Source: Octopus vulgaris (taxonomy: Eukaryota). Taken from it: DNA of 64,000 nt. Shown one piece after another: positions 51,242-64,000 of the stretch (positions are counted from its first letter, which is position 1; each line of letters begins with the position of its first letter). A program made the translations under genes and the position numbers. The stretch covers positions 45,942,001-46,006,000 of the forward strand of contig OX597829.1 in the NCBI GenBank assembly GCA_951406725.2, written 5' to 3'. A model generated the notes under the pieces. That model made no database searches. It was given only the letters and a program-made list of their open reading frames with translations, and was not told where the DNA came from.

Positions 51242-51559
51242 GAGTGTTAAGTACAAGAAGCCCCAAGTAGATATAATTGGTGAAAATGTCATATTGTGAT
51301 ATTATGTCTATCCTTATTAAATCAATGGAAATTTACTATGTAGAGTTTAATTCAAGTGTGTATCGTTAATATCTAATTCAAGTGGATGGCATTATAGGCA
51401 ATCTATTAATCATTATAAATATCGAATGGGTTAAAAGACTAATAAGAATATTAACTTAATGTTAGGGTATATAAAGATTATAAAATATTTTATAGGTTAT
51501 TTTTTTGTTTAAACATCACTTTGATACCACTTCTTATTATGCAAGAAGTGTATATGTAT

Positions 51560-51729
51560 ATAGGTGTAGAAGTGGCTGTGTGGTAAGTAGCTTGCTTACG
51601 AACCACATGGTACCGGGTTCAGTCCCACTGCGTGACACCTTCGGCAAATGTCTTCTACTATAGCCTCTCGGGCTGACCAAAGACTTGTGAGTGGATTTGG
51701 TAGACGGAAACTGAAAGAAGCCCGTCGTA

Positions 51730-51822
<93 letters not shown>

Positions 51823-53322
51823 TGTGTCCGTGCTTGTCCCCCCATCGTCGCTTGATAACCGATGCTGGTGCGTTTTCATCCCCGTAACTTAGCGGCTCGG
51901 TAAAAGAGATCGATAGAATAAGTACTGGGCTTACAAAAAATAAGTCCTGGGGGCGATTTGCTCGACTAAAGGCGGTGCTCTAGCATGGCCACAGTCAAAT
52001 GACTGAAACAAGTAAAAAGGATAAAAAGAGTATATCCAAAGTCGCTTTTGAGTGTTATTGGTAACGTGTAACACAGTACAAAATGTTGCATGGTCGGGTC
52101 GTCGGCGACTAAACAGGCAACCCACACAAGGCTTGCTTGATGAAGAGGGTGATAAAATAAGACTCGTCAAAGGGCGGCAGGGGGGCATGAGTATTCAACG
52201 GCCATTTAACAAATATGTGTAAATATGTATATATCGTTTTATATATTTTCATTGGCTGTGTGGTAAGTAGATTGTCTGCCAACCACATGGTTCCGGGTTC
52301 AGTCCCACTGCGTGGCACCTTGGGCAAGTGTATTCTACTATAGATCGGGCCGACCAAAGTCTTGTGAGTGAATTTGGTAGACGGAAACTGAAAGAAGCCC
52401 GTCGTATATATATACATATATATGTATGCGTGTGTGTGTTTGTGTGTCTGTGTTTGTCCCCCTAGCATTGCTTGACAACCGATGCTGGTGTGTTTATGTC
52501 CCCTTTACTTAACGGTTCGGCAAAAGAGACCGATAGAATAAGTACTGGGTTTACAAAAGAATAAGTTCCGGGGTCGAGCTGCTTGACTAAAGGCGGTGCT
52601 CCAGCATGGCCGCAGTCAAATGACTGAAACAAGTAAAAGAGTAAAAGATATATATATATGGCTGCGTGGTAAGAATCTTGCTTCCCAGTCGCATGGTTCC
52701 GGGTTCAGTTTCTCTGCGTGGCACCTTGGGCATGTGTTTTCTACTATAGCCTCGGGCCGACCAAAGCCTTGTGAGTGGATTTGGTAGACGGAAACTGGAA
52801 GATGCCCGTCGTACATTTATATATGTATATATCTGTGCGTATGTCTCCCCCACCATCGCTTGACAACCGAGGCTGGTGTGTTTATGTCCCCGTAACTTTA
52901 GCTGTTCGGCAAAAAAGAACTATACAATACGTACTAGGTTTACAAAGAATAAGTCCTGCGGTCGATTTCTTCGACTATAGTAGAAGACTCTTTAAAGTGG
53001 TGCTCCAGCATAGCCGCTGTCAAAGGAATGAAACAAAAAATATATATACATATATACATATATTTATATATATATATGCATATTTATAAATAAATATAAA
53101 GAAGTATCTATATACATATATGCATACTTATATATACATGAATGCAAGAATACATACACACACACATATGTATACACACATTTATGATATATATATACAC
53201 CCACACGCAGCCACATATACTGAAAAGGTTAAGCTTCACACGAGCAATTTCATGTTAAATTTTCATTTTAGAACATTTTAAAACGTTGGAAGGCAAAGAT
53301 TGTTACCCTTTTCAATATTTAA

Positions 53323-53367
<45 letters not shown>

Positions 53368-53603
53368 TGGAGACAGAATGGATGAAATGCATAAAATTTT
53401 TATATAAAGTGTAGTAGAGAAATAGGCGCAGGAGTGGCTGTGTGGTAAGTAGCTTGCTTACCAACCACATGGTTCCGGGTTCAGTCCCATTGCGTCGCAT
53501 CTTGGGCAAAATGTCTTCCACTATAGCCTCGGGCCGACCAATGCCTTGTGAGTGGATTTGGTAGACGGAAACTGAAAAAAGCCCGTCTTATATATTTATA
53601 TAT

Positions 53604-53663
<60 letters not shown>

Positions 53664-53895
53664 GCGTGTATGTGTTTGTGTGTCTGTGTTTGTGCCCCTA
53701 GCATTTCTTGACAACCGATGCTGGTGTGTTTATGTCCCCGTCACTTAGCGGTTCGGCAAAAAGAGACCGATAGAATAAGTACTGGGCTTACAAAAGAATA
53801 AGTACCGGGGTCGAGTTGCTCGACTAAATACGGTGCTCCAGCATGGCCGCAGTCAAATGACTGAAACAAGTAAAAGAGTAAAAGAGAAAAAGAGT
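51560..53895 (+). mobile_element. Cluster of four co-oriented CORE-type SINEs (~51560-52030, 52253-52648, 52659-53040, 53423-53895)
   Basis: Each has the GGCTGTGTGGTAAG head and GACTGAAACAAGTAAAA-type tail. Confidence 0.9.
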
Positions 53896-53904
53896 AAATC
53901 TCTT

Positions 53905-55180
53905 CGCTACAGTCTGACACATACCATAAAACAACGGACTCAAAACGTTACCTATATTCTGATTCGTGTCATGCGGGATATACAGAGGAAATGTGTTGTA
54001 TACTCCAGCCAAATGAATCTGCACCCTTATATCTGATGTGAAATGACACAACATACAATTTGAAGACGTTAAGGATTCACTTCTCAACGGAAATATTCTT
54101 AATCGTATTCTTAATCGATTACGGAATACAAAAAGCCAAGAAAACTTCTATCCAGACGCTAAGACGAACAAAACAAAAGAAATATACTGGAAATGATTGG
54201 CTTGTCATATCTTTCCACCCATAATCCTAAAGATAATATCTACAACATATTTCAAAACCTACAAACAGCGAAAGGGAAAATTAAGATGAACGAAATTGTA
54301 CAAACACTTATTATTATACGAAGCCGAAGTCAGCACAAATCAATGAATAATACAAAGACTAAACAATACATAGTAATAATTGGGTGGAGGCGCAATGGCC
54401 CAGTGGTTAGGGCAGCGGACTCGCGATCATAGGATCGCGGTTTCGATTCCCAGACCGGGCGTTGTGTGTGTTTATTGAGCGAAAACACCTAAAAGCTCCA
54501 CGAGGCTCCGGCAGGGGATGGTGGTGATCCCTGCTGTACTCTTTCGTCACAACTTTCTCTCACTCTTACTTCCTGTTTCTGTTGTACCTGTATTTCAAGG
54601 GTCCGGCCTTGTCACTCTCTGTGTCACGCTGAATATCCCCGAGAACTACGTTAAGGGTACACGTGTCTGTGGAGTGCTCAGCCACTTACACGTTAATTTC
54701 ACGAGCAGGCTGTTCCGTTGATTCGGATCAACCGGAACCCTCGTCGTCGTAACTGACGGAGTGCTTCCATTTCCAGTAATAATAGAACGAAAAGCAAAAT
54801 TACTCAAGCAATCCGACTGATGTGTATATGTTTAAGTTCGTCAGGACACTTTTACAAAGCAAAATTTAATTTCACCTATGCATCCGGAAATTTAATATAT
54901 GCAATATCATGCTCAGGATGCGAAGGAAATTATGTAAAAGAAATCGGGTTACCCTTAGACAACGAATAACTCATCGACAAATTTGAACGCAAGAGTACAG
55001 GCTAAGAGGCTTTAGTGAACATAAGACACACGTGCCAATAACAAGCAATCATATTTCATAAACCTTTCCTGGTCAACAAAGAAAAGTAGACTATTAGTAA
55101 TAGTATACTTTTAGTGCCGCTGCCGATAATTCTGCCATATTTTGACCACAAAATTTTAATTTCCCAAGAAATGAATGTGA
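53905..55180 (+). mobile_element. Decayed Penelope-like element (RT C-terminus, linker, GIY-YIG endonuclease)
   Basis: DTYHKTTDSKRYLYSDSCH from 53916, ICTLISD, LSYLSTHNP..IIRSRSQ, then FTYASGNLIYAISCSGCEGNYVKEIG at ~54871-54950 (GIY-YIG with CxxC). Stops and frameshifts; a SINE is inserted. Confidence 0.8.
54386..54775 (+). mobile_element. tRNA-derived SINE, full length, inserted in the Penelope relic
   Basis: A box TGGCCCAGTGGTTAG, B box GGTTTCGATTCC; AGTAATAAT on both sides (probable TSD). Confidence 0.88.
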
Positions 55181-55264
55181 AATTTTGAAACTGTTATCCC
55201 GAATGATTGTTCTAATTTATTTCGATTCATTACATTCTTTCTATTTGCATGACTATACTCTCTC

Positions 55265-55689
55265 TCTCACTTTTACTCTTTTACTTGTTTCAGTCATTTG
55301 ATTGCGGCCATGCTGGAGCACCGCCTTTAATCGAGCAACTCGACCCCGGGACTTATTCTTTTGTAAGCCCAGTACTTATTCTATCGGTCTCTCTTTTGCC
55401 GAACCGCTAAGTGACGGGGACATAAACACACCAGCATCGGTTGTCAAGCAATGCTAGGGGGACAAACACAGACACACAAACACACACACACACACATACA
55501 TACATATATATATATACATATATACGACGGGCTTCTTTCAGTTTCTGTCTACCAATTCCACTCACAAGGCTTTGGTCGGCCCGTGGCTATAGTAGAAGAT
55601 ACTTGCCCAAGGTGCCACGCAGTGGGACTGAACCCGGAACCATGTGGTTGGTAAACAAGCTACTTATCACACAGCCACTCCTGCGCCTA
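55265..55689 (-). mobile_element. CORE-type octopus SINE, full length
   Basis: Head and tail motifs as in the other copies. Confidence 0.9.
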
Positions 55690-55874
55690 TGACTATGTAT
55701 GGTTTTATCAATTGAAATCGGTTGCATTTTGTGATAAAGACTTCAAAGCATTTTCTCAATTTACTTTTAAAGATGTGTATACGCGTACATGTATTCGCGT
55801 GTGTGTATGTGTATATGTGTGTGTGTGTGTATGCGCGTGCGTGCGTGCATGTATGTATGTATGTATATATGTAT

Positions 55875-55916
<42 letters not shown>

Positions 55917-56389
55917 GACTGTTTATGGCTGCTTGAATAATTATATTCGATTCTGAGCTGAGCCATGATACAAGATATTTCTTGACATTTGAATGTCAAA
56001 AAATCGTCAAAAAAAAAGAGTCCGTACTTTCGAATTCGAGTGGAATGAGAGAATAATGCCCTTCTAATAAGGAAGAACCTCTTATTAGAAGAGCATTAGT
56101 AATCAGAAAGGACATTTGGCTATTAAACATTGTTTATTCCTTTACCGATGCCATTGTTTATTCCTTTACCGAACGGACGAAGAAATGCATAACACATACA
56201 CACACTCAATGTGTCATTTGGGTTACACTACGTGTTTTACACACACGTACAGTCATATATATATATTAATGTTTGCACATGTGTCCAGTTATAATGGTTT
56301 AAAAATTTGGTACAAGGCCAGCAATTTAGAAGGAGGGTATAAGTTGATTACATCGACTCACATGACTTAACTGGTACTTATTTTATTGT

Positions 56390-56570
56390 ATCCATAGCAC
56401 CCACTACACTCACGGAGTGGTTGGCGTTAGGAAGGGCATCCGGCCGTAGAAACACTGCCAGATTTGACTGGGCCTGATGAAGCCTTCTGGCTTCACAGAC
56501 CCCAGTAGAACCGTCCAACCCATGCTAGCATGGAAAACGGACGCTAAACGATGATGATGATGATGATGAT
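56390..56570 (+). mobile_element. 5'-truncated SINE with Meta/MESC-like core and (GAT)n tail
   Basis: GTTGGCGTTAGGAAGGGCATCCGGCCGTAGAAA..AACGGACGCTAAACGATGATGATG. Confidence 0.6.
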
Positions 56571-56714
56571 AGTCATGCAAATAGAAGTCAAATTCGCCCT
56601 CGGCAGAATTTGAACTAAGAATTTTGCCTACTCGCCGTCTAATGCCAAGTTATTATATAAACAGTTTTTCATTCGAGTGAAGAATTACTCAGTACCTCCT
56701 GTAGAGCACGTTTA

Positions 56715-57294
56715 TCTTTGACCCGTTTCAGTCATTAGACCGCGATCATACTAGGGAACCACCTTGAGAAATTTTAGTCGAACGAATCGACCGCGTACTG
56801 GTCTTGGGAAGGTAACCACACCAATAACGGTAGTTAAACGGTGTGGGTGGGGAGGGGACAGACACAAACACACACATACACGAATATTTATACGACGATC
56901 TTCTTACACTCACCGCTACAAAATCCACTCACAAGGTTTTGGTCAGCTAGAGGCCATAGAAGAAAATGGTTGTCCAAGGTGCCATGCTGTGAGACAGAAC
57001 CTATTTCCTTACTGCCCACAAGGGGCTAAACACAGAGAGGACAAACAAGGACAGACAGACAGATTAAGTCGATTACATCGACTCCAGTGCGTAACTGGAA
57101 TTTATTTAATCGACCCCGAAAGGATGAAAGGCAAAGTCGACCTCGGCGGAATTTGAACTCGGAACGTAACGGCAGACGAAATACGGCTACGCATTTCGCC
57201 CGGCGTGCTAACGTTTCTGCCAGCTCGCCGCCTGTGAGACGGAACCACGGACAATGTTAGTGGGAAGTAAGCATCTTACCACGCATCTACGCCT
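56715..57294 (-). mobile_element. Diverged CORE-type SINE with a nested full Nin/Deu SINE (57002-57232)
   Basis: CTGTGAGAC(A/G)GAACC duplicated on both sides of the Nin copy (TSD). Confidence 0.82.
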
Positions 57295-57362
57295 GATTCT
57301 GACTTCACAGTTTCCGCCTGCTAAGCTTTCGTCAGACAGTCGATGAAGGCACAACAGGCCGA
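57295..57362 (-). ncRNA. Degenerate hammerhead-like motif related to the 42914 pair
   Basis: Minus: GACTGT-CTGACGA-AAGCTTAGCAGGCG-GAAA-CTGTGAAG-TC-AGAATC; shares the centre TCAGACAGTC(C)GATGAA. Confidence 0.45.
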
Positions 57363-57505
57363 GTATTCCAAGTAAATTTTAACATTATTCTTGAAAAAGG
57401 ATAGATACATCTATACTTAACACACATTCATACATACAGACATACATAGAAGCCAATGTGCATGTGTGAATGTACAAGCCAATATGTATGAATGTACAAG
57501 CATAT

Positions 57506-57543
<38 letters not shown>

Positions 57544-57767
57544 CTTTATGTGTGTGTGTGTGTATGTATATATACAAGCATAAACACATATACGAACTGT
57601 TCTTGTAAAATAATTACATAATACATGTGTGCGTGTATGTATGTATGTATGTACGTATGTATACATACATACATAAATATATATATTTATATATATATAT
57701 ATATATGTGTATATATAATGTATATACATACATATATATATATATATATTGTGTGTGGTCTCAGAGA

Positions 57768-57825
<58 letters not shown>

Positions 57826-58084
57826 ACAGGATTGAGAGAGCACGTAGTTGATTACAGATATCAATAGCTCTAATAACATATATATATACTCATATATATA
57901 CATACATACGATATGTACATCCATCCATACATGTATATATATACGTATATATATTATGTATGCATATATATGGATCTATATATTCTTATGCATATACACA
58001 ATCTCGTACATCTTAACATACAGACACGTACACGTATACACACACATACACACACATACACACACACATACACATACTCACAGA

Positions 58085-58860
58085 CCAGCATCATAATTCC
58101 ATCAAGCTGGTCGAAATTGATCACATAAATTACTTGTACAATTCAATGGACGCCATGATCCACCTTTGCATTAGGAAGCTCACAAAGCAAATGAAAGGAC
58201 AAGAAAAGATATTGTCAACATCAAAGGCTACGTCGATGTCCATTGCAAGACCATAATCTCGACTATATTCATCATATAATGACATCTATTCACAGAGCAT
58301 TAATGCCAATTTCTTTGTAGTATGGTTACATTTGCTTAAAAACAATCACGTAATACTTGTTGATGTGGACGTTGGATTTACAAGAAACAGCAGTTGAATG
58401 TTATTCAAATAATACCATGCGTTCTGTGGGGGAAAAACATGAAGGCCACTTTAGAAATAGTGTTCTAAATATAGAACAGAAGCGATGATGATTACGAAGT
58501 TATTTCGATCGAATGTCTCATTAATGAAGATCGTCCTTGGGCTAACAAAAGCCGCTACGAATCGGCATTCAGATTATCAGAAGATACGATACTTTCTTAA
58601 TCGTGTAATATAGCGATTTGAGAATATTGGATCAACTGTCATTATCTAAGCTGTTAGTGGGCGAGAACTTCATTTAAGGAAAAATTAAAGCCTAGAAACA
58701 AGAGTGATGGCTCTGATGATTTGACTTCACTGAAATTTTGGTACGATGTTGGCGATATGACTAGGAGAGGAGCTGGTCTTTGAAGACATCTGGGGAGGCT
58801 ATGGGATATGCTTCGCTATTATTTTACTCGTTCAGAGAAGCGTATCTACACATTTGGCAT
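58085..58860 (+). mobile_element. Highly decayed LINE fragment (pre-RT region)
   Basis: NKSDGSDD..EIL and VFEDIWE resemble the K.PG.DG..EI / LF..IW motifs that precede LINE RT. Confidence 0.4.
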
Positions 58861-58937
58861 GATTATAGGTAATAAATATCTGTCTATCTATCTGTCTATC
58901 TGTCTTTCCATCCATCCATCCATCCATCCATCCATCC

Positions 58938-59048
<111 letters not shown>

Positions 59049-59781
59049 AATCTATCTATCTATCTATCTATCTATATATCTCATTTCTGCTTATACATAC
59101 ATACACACACATACACATACATACATACATGCATGCAAGAATGCATACATACATACATAATTGCATGCATGCATACATACATGCATGCATGCATGCATGC
59201 ATAATACATACATAAACACATACATACATGCATGCATGCATACATACATACATACGTACATACATACATGCATACATACGTACATGCATGCACACGTACA
59301 TACATATATACATACATACGTAAATACATACATACATGCATGCATGCATACATACATACATACATACATACATACATACATACATACATACATACATACA
59401 TACATACATACATTCATGCATAAATGTATATTTCTTCATTCATCGGAAATGATAAACTGGAGAACCCAATACTGAAATGCTGAACATGTTTGGTATTCTT
59501 TAACAGTTCAAAACCGAAAGATTCATAATTCTATTACACTGATTTTTAACGTTTTAGATCATTCAGCTGTAGCTTGAATATATTTTTTAAATATCACATG
59601 GAAGTTGTAAAGAATATGCTCATCTGTATGCTTTTTCTTTTAAAAAAACTATACGAACGACAAGTGTAGAAACGAGTGTTTTAAGCTCACACGTGATCAC
59701 TTCATTTCTGGTTTTCATGAGGATATGAAGATACATAGATATATACATACAGAGAGAGAAAAAAGTGATAGACAGAGTAAG

Positions 59782-59827
<46 letters not shown>

Positions 59828-60156
59828 TGTGTGTGTCTGAGAGATAGAGAGAGATAGAGAGAGAGAGAGAAAGACAGCGAAAGAACAGGATTGAGAGAGA
59901 ACGTAGTTGATTATAGATATCAACATTTATGGATGCTAGTAAATACTCCAGGAGAATTTTCGACGCACTAGACACGCTACAGGTATGGGAGGGTAATTCA
60001 TATTTAGTTTAGTGGCGGAGAAAAAAAAAAGAATTCAGTCATTCTATATTATCCAAGCAATTAGTTGTCAGAAACTTCCTTCGGTGGTATCTAATGCCTA
60101 AGACCATCAAGCGTAGGAGATAACTTCAATGTGATCTATTAACTGAATACTTGTGT

Positions 60157-60297
60157 CGATGTGGTGAAGAGTTAGCTTCCCAACCGCATGATTCCGGGTT
60201 CGACTCACTGTGTGGCATCTTCGGCAAGGATTTTCTAATATAGCCTCGGGCTGACCAAAACTTTATGAAACTAAAACTGAAAGAAGCCTGTCGTGTA
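60157..60297 (+). mobile_element. CORE-type SINE 5' fragment
   Basis: CCGGGTTCGACTCACTGTGTGGCATCTTCGGCAAG..CTGAAAGAAGCCTGTCG. Confidence 0.7.
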
Positions 60298-60306
60298 CAT
60301 ACATAC

Positions 60307-60337
<31 letters not shown>

Positions 60338-60746
60338 CATACATACATACACACATACATGCATACATACATACATACATACATACAAATATACATACAT
60401 ACACACATACATGCATACATACACACATACATGCATACATACATACATACATATATACATACATACAAATATACATACATACACACATACATGCATACAT
60501 ACACACATACATGCATACATACATACATACATACATGCATGCATACATGCATACATACATACATACATACATACATACATACATACATTTATACATACAT
60601 ACACACATACATACATACATACATACATACATTTATACATACATACACACATACATGCATACATGCATATATACATACATGCATACATACACATACATAC
60701 AAGCATCCATAGACAGACATACATACGTACATACATAAACACATAA

Positions 60747-60809
<63 letters not shown>

Positions 60810-60810
<1 letters not shown>

Positions 60811-61630
60811 GATAGATGTTCATTAAAGATTTCCTCTGACTCACTTCCCAAAGGCTGGGATAACGGAAACTTGACCTAATTATTAGTCCTTCTCTTCATA
60901 GCCACTACTATTTGTGACACACTTTTCCCATTGCTTTATGCAGCTGTGAAGACCTCGTCTGTAGAAGTCGGTAGGTTGCGTCCGGATCCAAGACTCTACC
61001 TTGGAAATATGTTCATCATCATTCAAAAAGTGCCTCCCCTTCAAAAAAGACTTCATGGTTGGAAAGTGGCGGAAGTCTGATGGTGCGAGGTCGGGTGAGT
61101 AAGGAGAATGAGGAAGGTTTTTATAGCAGCAGGAGTGTGCTTTCATCTGGACAACACGAACATTGTGAACTGGGGTGTTGTCTTGGAGGAGACGGGCTCC
61201 TTTGGTCAGCATGCCACGCCTCTCTGCTTTGATGGCGTCCCGCAATTTCTCCTGCATAGAAGCATAATTGCGGTGCCCTTTGCCAGAAAATCCATCATCA
61301 CTACTCCGCACTGGTCCCGAATGACCGTGAACATCACCTTGCCTGCTGATAGTTGGATACGAGCTTTTTTAGGAGGTGGTGAGTTATCATGCTTCCATTG
61401 CTTCGACTGGACTTTAATCTCAGAATCATAGTAATGAACCCATTTTTCATCCCTGTGTAATAATGTCTGCTGAAAATCTCTACCTCGTTTTCTTGGCTCA
61501 TTGACAAAAGAGCCTGGGAACAATTGACTCGTTCCTGCTTCAGAAAAGGTGTGAGCATCCGGAGAATCTATTGTGCAGACAACTTCCGCATGTGCAAATG
61601 GTTGTGAGGATTTTTTTCCACGGACCCCCT
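60810..61630 (-). mobile_element. Truncated mariner element, transposase pseudogene
   Basis: RDEKWVHYYD, SPPPKKAR, LLQDNTPVH, HSPYSPDLAPSDFRHF, W.KCV...GY.EKD*; related to the 41.3-kb element. Confidence 0.92.
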
Positions 61631-61700
61631 TCCTTCCTGAGCGTCCAATAATACTATATTTGTTCCACGTCCTCGCGTCGTTGTGTTTTCATGTTTGGAT

Positions 61701-61740
<40 letters not shown>

Positions 61741-61939
61741 ATTACTTGCATCGAAAGTAGTATATTACTGGTATTTATTTAATCTAAATTGGAATTGTGA
61801 AGAATCGGTCTGAAGTAGATTTGTTTAAGTTTAAACTTGAAAAAGTTAATTGCCAAATGTAACAGATTTATTTCTTAGTCATGTCATCTTCTTCTTACTG
61901 AAACCTGGCAGCAGAAACGAAAGAATACATCAGCACCAT

Positions 61940-62350
61940 TACTCTTTTTACTCTTTTACTTGTTTCAGTCATTTGACTGCGGCCATGCTGGAGCACCGCC
62001 TTTAATCGAGCAACTCGAACCCTGAACTTATTCTTTGTAAGCCCAGTACTTATTCTATCGATCTCTTTTGCCGAACCGCTAGGTGACGGGGACATAAACA
62101 CACTAGCATCGGTTGCCAAGCAATGCTAGGGGGACAAACACAGACACACAAACACGCACACATACATATATATATATATATACATATATACGACAGGCTT
62201 CTTTCAGTTTCCGTCTACCAAATCCACTCACAAGGCATTGGTCAGCCCGGGGCTATAGCAGAAAACACTTGCCCAAGATGCCACGCAGTGGGACTGAACC
62301 CGGAACCATGTGGTTGGTTAGCAAGCTACTTACCACACAGCCACTCCTGC
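61940..62350 (-). mobile_element. CORE-type octopus SINE, full length
   Basis: Head and tail motifs as in the other copies. Confidence 0.9.
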
Positions 62351-62529
62351 AGTTTTCTTTTCTTTCTCTTCCGTTTGAGTTCCCATCTCTCTCCCAAATG
62401 TCTTAAGCGGCTTTCATCTCGCCGAGGTCGATAAAATATGTAGAAATCGTATCCGGGGAACTATTTGATTCTGTTTATTATATACCTTACCACTGCGCCC
62501 TGTATCAGAAATTATTTCAAGGATCAAAT

Positions 62530-62799
<270 letters not shown>

Positions 62800-63208
62800 T
62801 CTTACTGTATCCGTTTCTCTATGTCCTCCTCTCCATCCTTGTTTTTCTCACGTCCCTTTGATACACTACCTTCACCTTTTGTTATTCCGATAGAAAAACA
62901 CTACTTAGATTTCGTTTAAAGTAATCGTGATTTCTATAAGAAATATAGCTTCTCATTTCAACGAATGACTATTTATTCCCTAGTGGCAAGAACAAGAAGA
63001 AAAAAAGAAAGAAAAATAAAATAAAAAAACAAAATGAAGAGAATGTTAAGTGAGCTCAGCGGGGATTCGAAATCTTGACGATATTTCGATGCAGAAATGA
63101 TATTTACAAAGAGATGAAAACCTACTATCTACAAATGATTAAAGGCCAGAGTGAGTTGTAGAAACTTCTTCGCTCACACATTCTCTCTTTCTCTACATGG
63201 TTTCTTTC

Positions 63209-63284
63209 ACATACACACTTTTCGCATATACACTCTTCGCATATACACTCTTCGCATATACACTCTTTGCATATACACTCTTCG
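63209..63284. repeat. 15-bp minisatellite CATATACACTCTTCG, about 5 units
   Basis: Visible tandem units. Confidence 0.85.
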
Positions 63285-63485
63285 ACTCCTCTTTCTACTC
63301 CCCATGTTCTTATACTTTGCATGGAAGTTTTTGAATATACATAATAAATGCTTTATTTCTATGCTATGCTATACATATATATATATGTGTGTGTATGTGT
63401 GTGTATGCATGTGTGTGTGTGCGTGTGTATACCGTATATATATGTATGTATATAACGTATATATATAGCGTAAACATACATACAC

Positions 63486-63562
<77 letters not shown>

Positions 63563-63589
63563 GCGTACTTATATATATATATGGCGTAC

Positions 63590-63635
<46 letters not shown>

Positions 63636-63770
63636 ATATATGATGAAAATATGTTATTTCCGTATATGTGCGCACACAACTTTTACTGAAGAGAGAAATA
63701 TTCATACTCATAAAGCAATTACAAACGCATGTCTCAACATACATATGTATATGCATACATACACACGCAT

Positions 63771-63801
<31 letters not shown>

Positions 63802-63828
63802 TACATACATACATACATACATACATAC

Positions 63829-63990
63829 ATACAAGTATCTGTGTCGGTATGTGTATTTATATGTACACACACACACCTACATACATACCTACATACATAC
63901 ATACATACAAGTATCTGTGTCGGTATGTGTATTTATATGTACACACACACACACACACACACACCTACATACATACCTACATACATACAT
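63829..63990. repeat. ~75-bp tandem duplication
   Basis: AAGTATCTGTGTCGGTATGTGTATTTATATGTACACAC..CCTACATACATACCTAC occurs twice. Confidence 0.9.
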
Positions 63991-64000
63991 ACATACATAC

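Noticed and set aside
56470-56500. CTGATGA-AGCC(ttct)GGCT inside a SINE
   Set aside because: Followed by TCAC rather than GAAA; no stem III or cleavage triplet.
58706-58745. CTGATGA...GAAA in the LINE relic
   Set aside because: No stem I or stem III pairing; chance match in decayed coding sequence.

Overview
AT-rich, repeat-dense eukaryotic non-coding DNA. The SINE families and microsatellite load point to an octopod cephalopod (Octopus sp.; inference). No intact host protein-coding gene is supported, and nearly all listed ORFs are translations of microsatellites. Recognisable mobile DNA: a Chapaev3-like transposon, several mariner/Tc1 relics and MITEs, Helitron-like non-autonomous elements, RLE (Dong/R4-like), RTE and CR1 LINE fragments, a probable solo LTR, a decayed Penelope-like element (RT C-terminus plus GIY-YIG), and about 30 tRNA-derived SINE copies from at least 3 families. 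The main unannotated signal, read by eye, is about 17 type-I hammerhead-ribozyme (HHR) motifs from roughly 12 different short elements. They have short palindromic stem III and mostly sit in or next to (TA)n tracts, at the centre of diverging inverted repeats. They include repeated catalytic-core variants (G3-C8 swap, A6U, U4C, possibly U3-A8) and a tRNA-SINE head fused to an HHR. This suggests a diverse Penelope-mobilised, retrozyme-like system. All RNA folds were done by hand and none is experimentally verified. Repeat boundaries are approximate.
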